Assembly: GCF_020745735.1 (NCBI RefSeq)
Contig: NC_083420.1
Location: forward strand, 41,044,001-41,108,000
Direction: 5' to 3'
Source of the DNA: Hemiscyllium ocellatum
Taxonomy: Eukaryota
Length of the DNA stretch: 64,000 nucleotides
The first letter of the stretch is position 1, and each line of letters starts with the position of its first letter. Below are positions 24,804 through 37,900 of the stretch, piece by piece. Made by a program: the position numbers and the translations under genes. The notes beneath the pieces are model-generated. The model was given only the letters and a program-made list of their open reading frames with translations, did no database searches and was not told the DNA's origin.

Positions 24804-27800
24804 AGAAACAAAATGGACACAAGGAGTTGTGAGTTCAGAGGGAGCAAAAAAATACACCCAGTCAGAGAGAGAGAGAGAGAGAGGACCATGAAACAAAGCA
24901 GGCACTGAAAGACTGAAAAATAAAGCATAGACACTAGGTGTGAGCACTGGTAAAAAGCATTGGACTTCAGCAGTTATTGTAATGGAGCAGGTGTTGGCAG
25001 GGAGAATAGATACTCTAAGAAAAATATGGCATTAGGAGACTGGACAGTGAAGGGACTACAATGTTTTGGATACCGTGGAAGAGATTGGCATTAGGAGAGA
25101 AACTGGATAATGAACAAGAATGTTGGGTTCTGTGAAACTATGTTTAAGAATATTCTAATCTATTTCAGATTTTTGCCAATTATTTTATATTTGTGGCTTC
25201 TGGTTGTGGCCTTTATTCAAGAATGCATTGAGAGTCCAGGTTTTCTGATTATCTGTTCTTTACATTTGTCATTCTTCTAGCAAGAAGCAATCACATTTCA
25301 GAACTGTAAGGAAGCAAGTTCATGGAGGCCAGCTCATCCAGGCCTATTGGTTAAATAATCTAAAGTATCTATAGATATTTATATAATATATAGAGGTACG
25401 GTTCAACATTTGAAAGACATTTAGTTACGTACATGAATAAGAAAGGTTTGGAGTGATATGGGCCAAACGCAGGCAGGTGAGACTAGTTTAGTTTAGGATT
25501 AAGGTTGGCACGGACTTGTTGGACAGAAGGGTCTGTTTCCATGCTGTATGACATGACTCTAAATCGATCTATCATTTATCTTTCAAACTCATACCCTGCA
25601 TTTGCATCTAAACCCCTTCAAAGACAAAAATGTGCAATAACATGCAATGTTAACAATGGCAGACTTTCAATCTACTTGCTTTCTGCTGTTGGTAATGGAT
25701 ATTTGTGGTCTGATTCTAACCCAGTATGCATGCAGTATCTGAGTGAGCCAAATCCTTGGTAAACATGATGACTCATCACTGTTCTGGTGCTTTCTACAGT
25801 CTCAACTCTAATAGCATAGCCAGTAAAATGTAGAAGTGTCTGAGTTATCGTATGTGATTAGTGCCAATACATCCTCTTTTGATACATGTATATAGCATGT
25901 ATTTAAATATACATCCTGTGTCTGCAGTTGGACTTCTGCTGACTTTGTGCAGTTACTGTGCTGTAAACAGTGACTCATTGCTCAGCTATGCCACTTTAGG
26001 AGAATGTTGTGGGTGTGTGGCTTGATGAATTATGTGGTTTGGTGCCTAATTGCACCAGTATTGTGAATCTGTCAGAAGGATTTCTGTGTCTCTTTATAAA
26101 TGTTATTAAATGAGAGATATTTAATGAGAAATATCAGCCTTTAATATTATGACCATTTACATACATGTGCAAACATCAGGTAGTGTCTTTTGTCTGCTGG
26201 ATGTTCAATGTTATTGTGTCTAGGATTGTGGTGATTAGGGTCAAAGTTCAGCCCTTCCTTGTTTTTGTTTTTATTTGCCAGTTAACACCCATTATTGTTC
26301 CTTTGGAACTAAGTACAGAACAACATGAAGTCGGAGGAAACCTAAAAGGATGTGGAACATACTATCGTGTGGAATGGTTGTAGCAAAAAGGAAGCTAGAA
26401 AAATGCACAAGGGGTAAGGGAATAGAAGTTTCTGCTGAAAGGAGAGTGTAGGTGGCTTATGTGGAGTCTTCAGCCAAATGTTGTAAATTTAATGTGATAC
26501 TGTGAAAAATTAATGAAGAACATATAGCATCATTTTATTTATATATTTAAATCATTGAACATTATTATTAAGTTCAATCAGTGTGCTGAGGAAAATCTTA
26601 CCTGTGCTAATACATTTCAATACTGTCCATGACTCTTAATTTGACACCTGCAATTGCAGCATTTGGCACTCTGAAAAAGTCATTCAAGACTTGAAAAGTT
26701 AACTCTCTTTCTTTTGCCACAGACTGTCCAGATGTACTAGGTAGTTTTTTTTTCCCCACCACTTCGTTTTTATTTCAGATTTACAGCATCTGCAGTTATT
26801 TTAATATGCTTTTAGTATTATAACACTTAACATGGACCTGTTAACTATATGAATAATTGACACTATTGTTCACTGTTAAAGAAGATTCCTTGGAAAATGT
26901 ACGCAAGAGAAAGCAGAAACCATGAAACCATTAAACATTAAATGTTATAATGGGATTAAAATGTCTTTCCAAATGGACATCTGGATCCTTCCATTATCTG
27001 ATGGAATTTGATGAGGCAAAGGGGGTTTCTTCATTGCACGCCCTCTGCCCTTGTCTTCAAATCACTCCATGACTTCAGTACATTCTATCCCGATATAAAA
27101 GTAAAATACTGTGGATGCCAGAGATCTGAAATAAAAGCAAATTCTGAAAATACTCAGCAGTTCTGGCAGCATTTGTGAAGTGAAATAGAGTTAATATTTT
27201 GGCTTGATGGCATTCCGTGAGAACTGATGATCAACAGGTCATCAAAAAGTAACTCCATTTCTGATCTCGTATGCTGCCTGACTCATTGAGTATTTCCGAT
27301 CCTTATCTAACCTCTATACCCACAACTGCAATCTTGAGTTCTCTGACTATGGCATGCTAGGCACACCTACCCATTTCATACCAATGTGCTTCTATTTTCC
27401 TTAATACCAAAGCTCATTATCTTTATTGTCAACATTTTTCATCTAATATAAACCTCCCATTGTGTTACAGCAAGTCCTGTTTGATCAACTCCTTTCCCTT
27501 CCCAATATTGACCAAATTTTCTCCTACAGCCTCAATTTATAATCCTCTGTTACGTCCTCAAATGTCTTCACAACATCACCTATTCCAACCTCTATATAAA
27601 CTCTTCCAGTTCTTTACTGGCTCTTGTAACCCTAACCTTCCACTTGTAGTATGCTAGGAATTCCCAGTCCCTTCTTCATTCCACCATTGATGGTCCACTC
27701 TTTTGCTGCTTTGGTCCAAATCTATGGAACTTATTGCCTTTCTGAGAACCTTCTTGTGACTCCTCGTTCCAAACCCAGCTTTTAGTCATTATCACCTACC

Positions 27801-27869
27801 ATGTTCATTCTTCTATCCCTTCAATAAATATTTTACATTCTGCCTTTATATAACTGTGAGGTGCTACTT

Positions 27870-29725
27870 AGAACATTACAGCGCAGTACAGGCTCTTCGG
27901 CCCTCGATGCTGCGCCGACCTGTCATACCAATCTGAAGCCCATCTGTATTCCTGGTGAAGGGCTTTTGCCCGAAATGTCAGTTTTACTGCTTCTCGGATG
28001 CTGCCTGAACTGCTGTGCTCTTCCAGCACCACTAATCCAGAATCTGGTTTCCAGTACCTGCAGTCATTGTTTTTACCTAGCCCATCTAACCTACACTACT
28101 CCATGTATGTCCATATGCTTGTCCAATGACGACTTAAATGTACTTAAAGTTGGTGAATTTACTACCATGACAGGCAAAGTATTCCATACCCTTCCTACTC
28201 TCCGAGTAAAGAAACTACCTCTGACATCTGTCCTATATCTATCACCCCTCAATTTAAAGCTATACCCCCTTGTGCTCGCTGTCACCATACTTGGAAAAAG
28301 GCTCTCCCTGTCCACTCTATCTAACCCTCTGATTATCTTATATGTCTCTATTAAGTCACCTCTCAACCAGCCTCAAGTCCCTCAGCCTTTCCTCGTAAGA
28401 CATTCCCTCCATATCAGGCAACATCCTATTAAATCTCCTCTGCACCCTTTCTAAAGCTTCCACATCCTCCTTATAATGCGGTGACCAGAACTGTACACAA
28501 TACTCCAAGTGCGGTCGCACTAGAGTTTTGTACAGCTGTAGCATAACCTCATGGTTCTGGAACTCGCTCCATCTATTAATAGAAGCTAAAACACTGTATG
28601 CCATCTTAACAGCCCTGTTGACCCGGGTGGCAACTTTCAAGGATCTGTGTACCTGGACACCGAGATATCTCTGCTTATCTACATTACCAAGAATCTTACC
28701 ATTAGCCCAGTACTTTCCATTCCGGTTACTCTGACCAAAGTGAGAGTCACCTCACACTTATCCACATTAAACTCTATTTGCCACCTCTCAGCCCAGCTCT
28801 GCAGCTTATCTATGTCTCTCTGTAACCTACTACATCCTTCGTCACTATCCACAACTCCACCGACCTTCGTGTCATCTACAAATTTACTAACCCACCCTCA
28901 TCCAGGTCGTTTATAAAAATGACGAACAGCAGTGAACCCAACACCGACCCTTGTGGTACACCACTGGTAACTGGACTCCAGGACGAACATTTCCCATCAA
29001 CCACCACCCTCTGTCTTCTTTCAGCAAGCCAATTACTGATCCAAACTGCTATATCTCCCACAATCCCATTCGTCCACATTTTGTACAATAGCCTACTGTG
29101 GGGACCTTATCGAAGGCCTTGCTGAAATCCATATACACCACATCACCCGGTTTATTCTCATCTACCTGTTTGGTCACCTTCTCAAAGAACTCAATAAGGT
29201 TTGTGAGGCATGACCTACCCTTCACAAAACCATGCTGACTATCCCTAATCAAATTATTATTTTCTAGATGATTATAAATCCTATCTCTTATAATCTTTTC
29301 CAATACTTTATCAACAACTGAAGTGAGGCTCACTGGTCTATAATTACCAGGGTTGTCTCTAATCCCCTTCTTGAACAGGGGAACCACATTTGCTATCCGC
29401 CAGTCTTCTGGCACTATTCCTGTAGACAATGACAATTTAAAGATCAAAGCCAAAGGCTCGGCAGTCTCCTCCTTGGCTTCCCAGAGGATCCTAGGATAAA
29501 TTCCATCCGGTCCAGGGGACTTATCTATTTTCACACTCTGCAGGATTTCTAATACCTCCTTGTGAACCTCAATCATACCTAGTCTAGTAGCCTGTATCTC
29601 AGTATTCTCCTTGACAACAGTGTCGTTTTCTAGAGTGAATACTGTCAAAAAATATTCATTTAGTGCTTCCCCTATCTCCTCTGACTCCACACACAACTTC
29701 CCACTACTATCTTTGATTGGCCCTA
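27870..29725 (-). mobile_element. CR1 LINE ORF2 and 3' end
   Basis: [68 protein letters not shown]. Confidence 0.9.
27946..28078 (+). mobile_element. Penelope-derived element, family A, nested in a CR1 3'UTR; 9-bp TSD
   Basis: ttcCTGGTGAagggcttttgcccGAAAtgtc. TSD agcccatct at 27937-27945 and 28079-28087. Confidence 0.75.
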
Positions 29726-30473
29726 CATTTTGGAAAAGCAACTCAGGGCAGGACTTGTACAGTTATGCTAAGATCCTGGGGAGTGTTGCTGAACAAGGAG
29801 ACCTTGGAGTGCAGGTTCATAGTTCCTTGAAAGTAGAATTGCATGTAGATAGGATTGTGAAGCAGGCACATTGAGTGTAGGAGTTGGAAAGTCATGTTGC
29901 AATGTTACAGGACATTGGTTAGGCTACTTTTGAAATAATGCATGCAATTCTGGTCTACCTGCTATAGGAAGGATGCTGTGAAACTTGAAAGGATTCAGAT
30001 AAGTTTTCCAAGGATGTTGCCAGAGTTGGAGGATTTGAGCTGTAGGGAGAGGCTAAATAGGCTGGGGCTGTTTTCCCTGGAGCATCGGATGTTGAGGGGT
30101 GACCTTATAGAGGTTTATAAAATCATGATGGATGTAGATGGGGTGAGTAAAAGGTGTCTTTTCCCCAGGGTGGGGGTGTCCAAAACTAGAGGGCATAGGT
30201 TTAAGATGAGAGGGGAAAGATTTAAAAGGGACCTAAGGTGCAACTCTTTATTGCAGAGGGTGGTGCATGTATGGAATGAGCTACCAGAGGAAGTGGTGGA
30301 GGTTGGTACAATTTTAACATTTAAAAGGCATCTGGGTACATAAATGAATAGGAAGGGTTTAGAGGGATATGGGCCACATGTTGGCAAACGGGACTAGACT
30401 AATTTAGGATATCTGATCGACATGGACAAGTTGGACCAACGGGTCTGTTTGCATGCTGTACAGTTCTATGACT
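29726..30473 (+). mobile_element. CR1 3' portion, abutting the previous CR1 head-to-head
   Basis: DLGVQVHSSLKV, RGDLIEVYKIM, TRGHRFK and WNELPEEVV, followed by a CR1 3'UTR. Confidence 0.85.
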
Positions 30474-33385
30474 CCCCTCTTTCTTGGGATTGTTTCAATG
30501 TTAAAGCAGCTATACTAACAAATATCAACACTTAATAAGGATGAGATTGAATGTTTCTTGTTTGAACTGTCCTTGTCTTTGTCTCTTCATCATTAGAATG
30601 TATTGGAACATTTCCTCCATTCTAAAGGTTCCCATGTGTCCTAGAATCGTCTCACTGGACTTTCCCATGTTTGGAAGGACATAAGTGGGTGTAAAGATTG
30701 GAACAATATCATTTCAATGCTAATGAGAACACTGGCCAAAATTTATTTCTCAATCAAATTTAAAAAAATAGATCTCATTATTTAATTGCTGCTTATGGGA
30801 GCTTGCTGTGTGAAAGTTGGCTGCTGCACTCCCTACATTACAACCATGGCTACACTTTTAATGCAAGTACATCATTGACTGGCAATGGATTTTTGAACAT
30901 CCTGAGGGAAAATGGCAAGGGCACCAAGGAGAACTCCTCAGTGCTGCTTTGAATAATGCTGTAGGATATCTTGCATCTACCTACAGGGCAGATGGATTGC
31001 TGGTTTTAAAGCTTTGCCTGAAAGTTGATACTTCTGACAGTACAGCATTTTCTCAGTGCTTGCCTGGAGTGTGAATCCAGATGTGCTTAAGTCCTTTCAA
31101 TGGAATTTGAACCCGTAATTTACTGACTCAGCAGAGAGTGTTAAGTACCACACTTTTTCTGCTATCAACTATGGGTTTTGTCATCACAGAACATAGGCAG
31201 GTGAGCCATCACAGTAACGTAACATTTCAACAATCAACCACCACTGACCTTCAGTCAAAACATTTGGATCTTTCTGGTATCTTGCATGATGAGAACCTGG
31301 TTGTATCACCAGACTTTAGTCCCGAACATAGAAATTTACAGCAAATAAAGAGACCTGTTGGCTGTCATATCTGTGTTGGCTGAGAAGTGCTTTGAACTTA
31401 ATTGACCTACCAGCTCTTGAGTCTATAGTTCTGAGGAATTTGACACCTCCACAACATTGCTGTCTGTGGAAGCTTTCTGTACAGAAATTTCTACATCTGA
31501 GACCTCATTTTATAACTATTTGATTGGCTGTAAAGCACTATGTAACTTTCTGCGTTTGTGAAAGGTGCTATATAAATGGAAGTATATTTAAAATATAATG
31601 ACAGCCTTCTGTTTCTCCCCACTTTCGGACAGAGTTCCAGATTCCCTTCATCTAGAATTACTCCACTCCTCTTTCATCTTTCTGTGAATGACTTTTAAAT
31701 CTGACTTCTCTGTCGAAGGAGACAGATCCTTCCTAATCATTCCATCTAGTCCCTTCCTAATTGTATGCACCACAATTATAGCTCCTCTCAGCCTTCTGTT
31801 TTTTTTTCAGAGAAAATTCCCCCAGTCTATCCAAATGTTCCTCAGAGGGCAAGTTCAATTTGTGGTAATATGCTTGTGAATCTTCTCTGCACCCCGTGAA
31901 GTGTAATCCCATTGTTTTGGTATTGGGATGACCAGAATTGCACACAGTGATGTAAAAGTGGCATAATTGGTGTTTTAAACTGTTCTAGCATAACCTCAGT
32001 GTTCTATAATCTCTGTGCCTCAGCTAAGAAATGGAAGTATCCTGTTTGTCTCCTTAAGCACATTAGCTACCTTGTTACCTTTTGTAAATCTATGAATATG
32101 TTCTTCTGTACTTCACAGTAATCTACCAATCATATATTCACTTTGCCCTTGCAAATTACATTAATGCACACCCCTCAGGATTCAATTCCAAATGCCACTT
32201 TTCTATCCACGTTGTCTTCGTACAGGCTCCAGCTTACTTCCTCAGTAAAAACTACATGGCTATTGTTTCTATCATCTATAAACTTCCTCATCGTACCTCT
32301 TTATATCTTGGCCCAAATTATTGATGTGTACCACAAACAGCAAAGAATCTAGTCTGGAAACATAGTGAAATCTGTAAAGGAATTGAAGTGTAGCTTTATA
32401 ACAACATATTGTGTTTGTACGTCACAAAAAGCCAACAAGGGATGGTAGGAGCCAGTGGTCACACTATACCCGGAATAGCATGTTGGTTCTTCTGGAGCCT
32501 GCTGACAGGGTAACTGACAGTCCTGTTATGAGTGGGTTCATTTAGGCTTGTGTGTGTTTCTACATTCGTGTGGAATGATTAGCTTGCTGTGGACTGAGGT
32601 ACTCTTGTTTTATTTCAACAGCGATTTATCTCAACTTGTGTTCCTTGAACTACGTGGCTCCCTGCCCAGCAGCAGCTTGATTTTAAGTCTCATCCTTGAA
32701 TTTAAATTTCTCAGACATCGCACCCCTCTCTACTCCTCAAACCTTTACCAGCCCAACAGAATGGTTGACACTCAGTACCCTTTGGGAGAAGAACTTCCTT
32801 CACATCTCAGCTATAAATGAGTGAAAGGTTCAGTCTTTCAGAAGAGTGCATCCTGGTCTCGGCTCTGAACCTTCTTCTTTTCTTGACTTTGGCCTATTCA
32901 ACCTGAAATCAATACTCCCCTTTTATATTTGATTCCTGCTTCAGGCTCCTGGCTGAGGATCGACCAACTTTCAGAAGTAGTCTCTTGTGTTCATTTAATA
33001 ACTTTAATAATTTGTGTTGTGCAGTGCATTGAGGATCAGATTGCTCCCTCAACACCCTTTCAATAGTGGCATATTACAACAATTAGTATTTCCATGGTGA
33101 CCACTGGATTCCCTCTCTGGGGTTTCTAATGGACGTTTGTGTTGTTCCTCTGCTCTCCACCCCTATGAAAGTGGCTTCAAGAGATGGGGAAAGAGGTCTT
33201 TCAGAACCCCTCAGTCTGGACTGGCAGGCAAGACCATTGCATAAATAAAGTTGCAGTGTGCATTTACAGGGAGTCGATGTTATGGTTTAAACATTAGCAA
33301 ATAGCTTGCTCTGGCTGGACCTGTCTGATTATTGACGTGTGTGGTTTCATTGGTTTCTTTCTTTCCTCCATGTAACTCTTTTCAG

Positions 33386-33410
33386 ACCACGTCTCCTCTC
33401 TTCACATCTG
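33386..33410 (+). other. Candidate 25-nt non-coding microexon in the Maf 5'UTR
   Basis: Long pyrimidine tract ...ctttctttcctccatgtaactcttttcAG | ACCACGTCTCCTCTCTTCACATCTG | GTAAGTA. Confidence 0.5.
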
Positions 33411-33964
33411 GTAAGTATTTCAAAAATAATTTACCTGGAAGCAGAACAGCCCTGACAGGGTAATTGGATAATGGGATATGGAAGAAATGAAATATAGCAG
33501 ATGGATTGGAGGCAGTCACAAGCATATATTAGTTGGAATGTTATTCCTGTGCTATATATTCTACACTTCTCCACACAATGCAAGTTTGCAGTCCACATCT
33601 CTGCATCAGTACATCTGCTGAAAGACTGTCAGGTATGCCCAGGCATCTGTGTGAACTCAAGCAACTCAAGCACAATGTTGGATGAAGTGTGTTGTTGTTG
33701 GAGGGAGATTCTCTTTGGCTGAAACCCCATGTACACTGGCAGGTAAATGGGATTGATTTCAAAGGAAATGGAGTATAAAATAGGAAACAAAAGCAGAAGT
33801 TGCTTTAAGTTCTGAGGAAGCAGAAAACTGGACCTGGAACATTAACTCTGATTCCTCTCCCCAGATGCTGCTGAACGTTTCCAGCAACTTCTGTCTTTGT
33901 TTCTGATTTACAGCATCCACAGATCTTTCATTTCCTTTACAAAATGGCAACGTCTTGCTAAAGC

Positions 33965-34500
33965 TACACAAGACCACACATGGAATACTGTGAACAATTT
34001 TGGTCCTTTTATCAAAGCAAAGGTATACTGGCATTGGAGGTAGTCCTGAGAAGGTTCTCTAGTTATTTCTTGGTATGGAGGGGTTTTCTTATGAGGAGAG
34101 GTTGTGTACGTTAAGCTTGTATTCATTGGACTTTAGAACAATAAGAGGAGATCTTACTGAAACTGATAAGATTCTTAGGGGACCTGACAGGTTAGATGCT
34201 GAGAGGTTGTTTTCCCTTGTGGGAGTGTTGGACCAGAGGCCATCATCTCAAAGTTAGGGGTCTCCAATTTAAGACCGAGATGAGGGATGAATTTCTTTTC
34301 TGACGTAGTTGATCTGTGGAATTCTCCAGCAGGGCTGTCGAGGTTTGATTGTTCTGTATATTCAAGGCCAAAATGGTAAGGGCATCAAGGGCTTTTGGAA
34401 AAGGAAAGAGAGTGGAATTGAGGATCATCAAATCAGCCATGATCCCAGTCAATGGCAGAGCAGACTCAATGGGCTGAATAGGCTACTTCTGCTCTTACAT
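33965..34500 (+). mobile_element. CR1 3' portion (older subfamily)
   Basis: SYEERL...RGDLTETDKILRG..RLDAERLF, followed by a 3'UTR (atcagccatgatc...aatggcagagcagactc). Confidence 0.75.
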
Positions 34501-36116
34501 CTTATACAGAGTCCATTTACCCTGCTTGTCATAAATGTTACAAAATCCTATTAAGGCAAGGCACTGTGCTCTGCAAACAGAAAGCAAATGTCCAGGCACT
34601 ATTTAATTAAACAAAAGCTGCAGAGACCATGCTGCTCTGGTGAACTCTCCATGACAACACCTCAACCACTTACAATCCATTGGCCAACCAATCAACACTG
34701 TTGTCTCGTGTTGTTCCTTTGAAGTTTGGAATTCTTGCATCTATTCTGATGAATGCAAGACAAAAAAAAAAGCCTCAACAACATGTCTCCTTTTTCTCAG
34801 CAATACCCACATTTATTCATCTCAGTTTTGAAATTTTCAGTTAATCCCTGGGACCAGCAGCATTTTTAAAGAGATTTCAAGTACTTGGTGCCAAAGACTG
34901 CTTCTTGACATCACTCCGCCATGACCCAGTTCTAATTTTAAGGTTATACCTATTTGTTATGGATATTCTTGAGATGTGAATTGTTTCTCTCAAGGAAAGT
35001 AGTGGGGCACAACCCAGGTAACTGAACATTGATTAGTCTAATCTTTACATGGCCAAACTCCTGGAATCCATAAAATCAAGAACAGTTGAGCACCTGGCAA
35101 TACAAGGGGCAATTAGAAGGCCCGATCATCTTTGCTAAAGACAAGTTGTATTTGACCAATTTAGAATTGTTCTTTTTTGAAGCATTCATTAGTCGATCAG
35201 GTCAAGGAATTACTTTAGAGGCTGGTTCTGCAGTGGATAGCTGTAATGCTAACAGTTAGTTATATAATTGTTCAGAAAATGTAAAAAAGCAAAGCTCGCA
35301 CTGAAGATAGACTGCTTAGAATTTTATTCATTCTGGTAAAGTGCTTGTGGAATTTCAATGATTTGGAACAAAAAGAAACATTGCGTTATTGAAACAACAT
35401 TCACACACTCGGCTGCCACAGCATTTCACAGTCGTAGTTATAGTTGTAATGAAGAAAGCACAACAGCTAAAGAGAGCTATTACATCCACCTAATGGAATG
35501 TACAGGGTGTTTCGGTTAGCTTAGTCGGCTGGATAGCTGGTTTGCAGTGCAGAGTAACAGCAACAGTATGGGCTAAATTCCCACACTAGCTGAGGATACC
35601 ACGAAGGATTCTCCTTCTTAACGTCTCCCCTTGCTTGAGATGTGCTGACTTGCCGGTTAAACCACCACAAGATATCTCTCATAATGGACCAGTCCTATGG
35701 TCGAATAGGGCTATGGTGACTTTACCTTTATATAGGATATTGATTTAACATTTCAGTTGAAAGGCAGCACCCCTGACAGTATAGTACCTTCACATTTTTG
35801 CACTGGAATCTCAGTTGAGATTTTGAGCTCATGTCCCTGGAGAGGGGCTTGAAATCACAACCTTTTGACTTGGAGGCCAGCATGCTATCTGCCTTGTCTC
35901 AGCTTATCATGTTGTATTCCAAAACTTGTTGCTCGGTCAGTTTAACTTCTTTATTATGAATTGAATGATTTAGACTTGGGCAGGAATAGGAGAAGATTCT
36001 AAATGTACATTAAAGGTGTTGTATAAATGTGAGTTGTTATTACTTACTTTGGCAAATAGTGGGAATCAAAGTTGTATCTTCCTGATGATTTTCTCTGATT
36101 TTGGGTCATCAATGTA

Positions 36117-36310
36117 TTCGAGTAAAAAGTGAGGTCTGCAGATGCTGGAGATCAGAACTGAAAATGTGTTGCTGGTTAAAGCACAGCAGGTCAGGCAGCA
36201 TCCAAGGAACAGGAAACTCCCGATGAAGGGCTCTGGCCCGAAATGTCGAATTTCCTGTTCCTTGGGTGCTGCCTGACCTGCTGTGCTTTAACCAGCAACA
36301 CATTTTCAGC
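36117..36310. mobile_element. Hairpin Penelope-derived element, family A; 11-bp TSD
   Basis: Arms of about 60 bp (ctgaaaatgtgttgctggttaaagcacagcaggtcaggcagcatccaaggaacaggaaa and its reverse complement) enclose cCCGATGAagggctctggcccGAAAtgtcga. TSD tcatcaatgta at 36106-36116 and 36311-36321. Confidence 0.8.
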
Positions 36311-36863
36311 TCATCAATGTACTCACCAACCCACAGGGATTAAGTAGGGAGGAAATGTTTCGTATTGAATGTTTCCGAATTGATCACGGCTACAACTACA
36401 GAGTTTGCATAATTCTCAGCCCATGATGGTGTGAGCAGGTTAGAGTTGCAGGGAATGAGAGGAGCTTACAATCTGCTCAAGTAACATTTTGTAACAGCCG
36501 CAGAGTGGAGCAGCAAAGACAGTCATGCATACAGAATGGAAGGCATATTGCAGTTTATGTCGAAAGGTATGGTTGGTGTACACAATCACTGATCTTCAGG
36601 ATGTGGTCTATTGCTGCAAAGTTTGTATGTAAATAAGTTGGGGGGGTTTAGCTACAATCGGTCTCACATATAACACCACCAAGTGCTCACTCCCACTCGT
36701 CCACCGCTTCCATTTTAAATGCCGTTCTCAATTACTTGTCTCATTCTTTCCATTCTTTCTTTTTGAGGGTTTTTGAGTGTGGGGGGCTCTCTCTTAAGTG
36801 TCTTAAGTTCTTTGGTTTTCCTGATTCTTTAACGTAACCATCTCCAGGCAAGGTTCATGTTTG

Positions 36864-37820
36864 AATCATAGTCATAGAGATGTAAAACGTGGAAACAGAT
36901 CCTTCTGTCCAAGTTGTCCATGCCGACCAGATATCCCAAACCAATTTAATTCCACCTGCCAGCATCCGGCCCATATCCCTCCAAACCCTTCCTATTCATA
37001 TACCATCCAGATGCCTTTTAAATTTTACCGTTGTACCGGTCTCCGCCACTTCCTCTAGCAGCTCATTCCATACATGTACCACCATCTGTGTGAAAACGTT
37101 GCCCCTTAGGTCTCTTTCATATCTTTCCCCTCTCACCCTAAACCTAGACTCCCCCACGCCATGGAAAATACCTTGTCTATTTATCCTATCGATGTCCCTC
37201 ATGATTTTATAAACCTCTATAAGGTCACCCCTCAGCCTCCGACACTCCGGGGAAAACAACTCTAGCCTATTCAACTGCTCTGTATAGCTCAACTCCTCCA
37301 ACCCTGGCAACATCCTTGTTAATCTTTTCTGAACGCTTTCAAGTTTCACAACATCTTTCCGATAGGAAGGAGACCAGAATTGCACACAATATTCCAACAG
37401 TGGCCTAACCAATGTCCTGTACAGCTGCAACGTGAGCTCCCAACTCCTGTGGTCAATTCTGTGACCAATAAAGGAAAGCATACCAAACTCCGCCTTCACT
37501 ACCCTATCTACCTGCGACTCTACTTTCAAGGAGCTGTGAACCTGCACTCCAAGGTCTCTTTGTTCAGTAACACTCAAACTTTAGAATTATAAATCCTGCT
37601 AAGATTTGCTTTCCCAAAATGCAGCACCTCACATTTATCTAAATTAAACTCCATCTACTTCTCAGCCCTTTGGCCCATCTGACCAAGATCCCATCATAAT
37701 CTGAGGTAGCCTCCTTCACTGTCCGCTACATGTCCAATTTTGGTGTCATCTACAAAGTTACTAACGATACCTCTTATGCTCGCATACAAATCATTTTATG
37801 TAAATGATGAAAAGTAGTGA
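36864..37820 (-). mobile_element. CR1 LINE 3' portion
   Basis: ORF 36996-37577 DLGVQVHSSLKV...LVRPLLEYCVQFWSP...WNELLEEV. Confidence 0.85.
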
Positions 37821-37864
37821 ACTTTGGCATTTTATGGCAGAAAAACAGAGCTTCGTTTTCTCTT

Positions 37865-37900
37865 CCCCCCCCCCCCCCCCCCCCCCCCCGCCCCCCGCCC
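37865..37900. repeat. Poly-C tract
   Basis: About 25 C followed by GCCCCCCGCCC. Similar tracts at 44119-44132 (G) and about 63873-63890 (C). Confidence 0.9.

Noticed and set aside
24317-24947. Three overlapping 130-205 aa ORFs with repeating peptides
   Set aside because: Artefacts of the 38-bp minisatellite, which lacks stop codons on the minus strand.
27870-30473. Twin-priming 5' inversion of a single CR1
   Set aside because: Both halves have their own 3' ends, cover the same region and differ in subfamily, so they are two elements.
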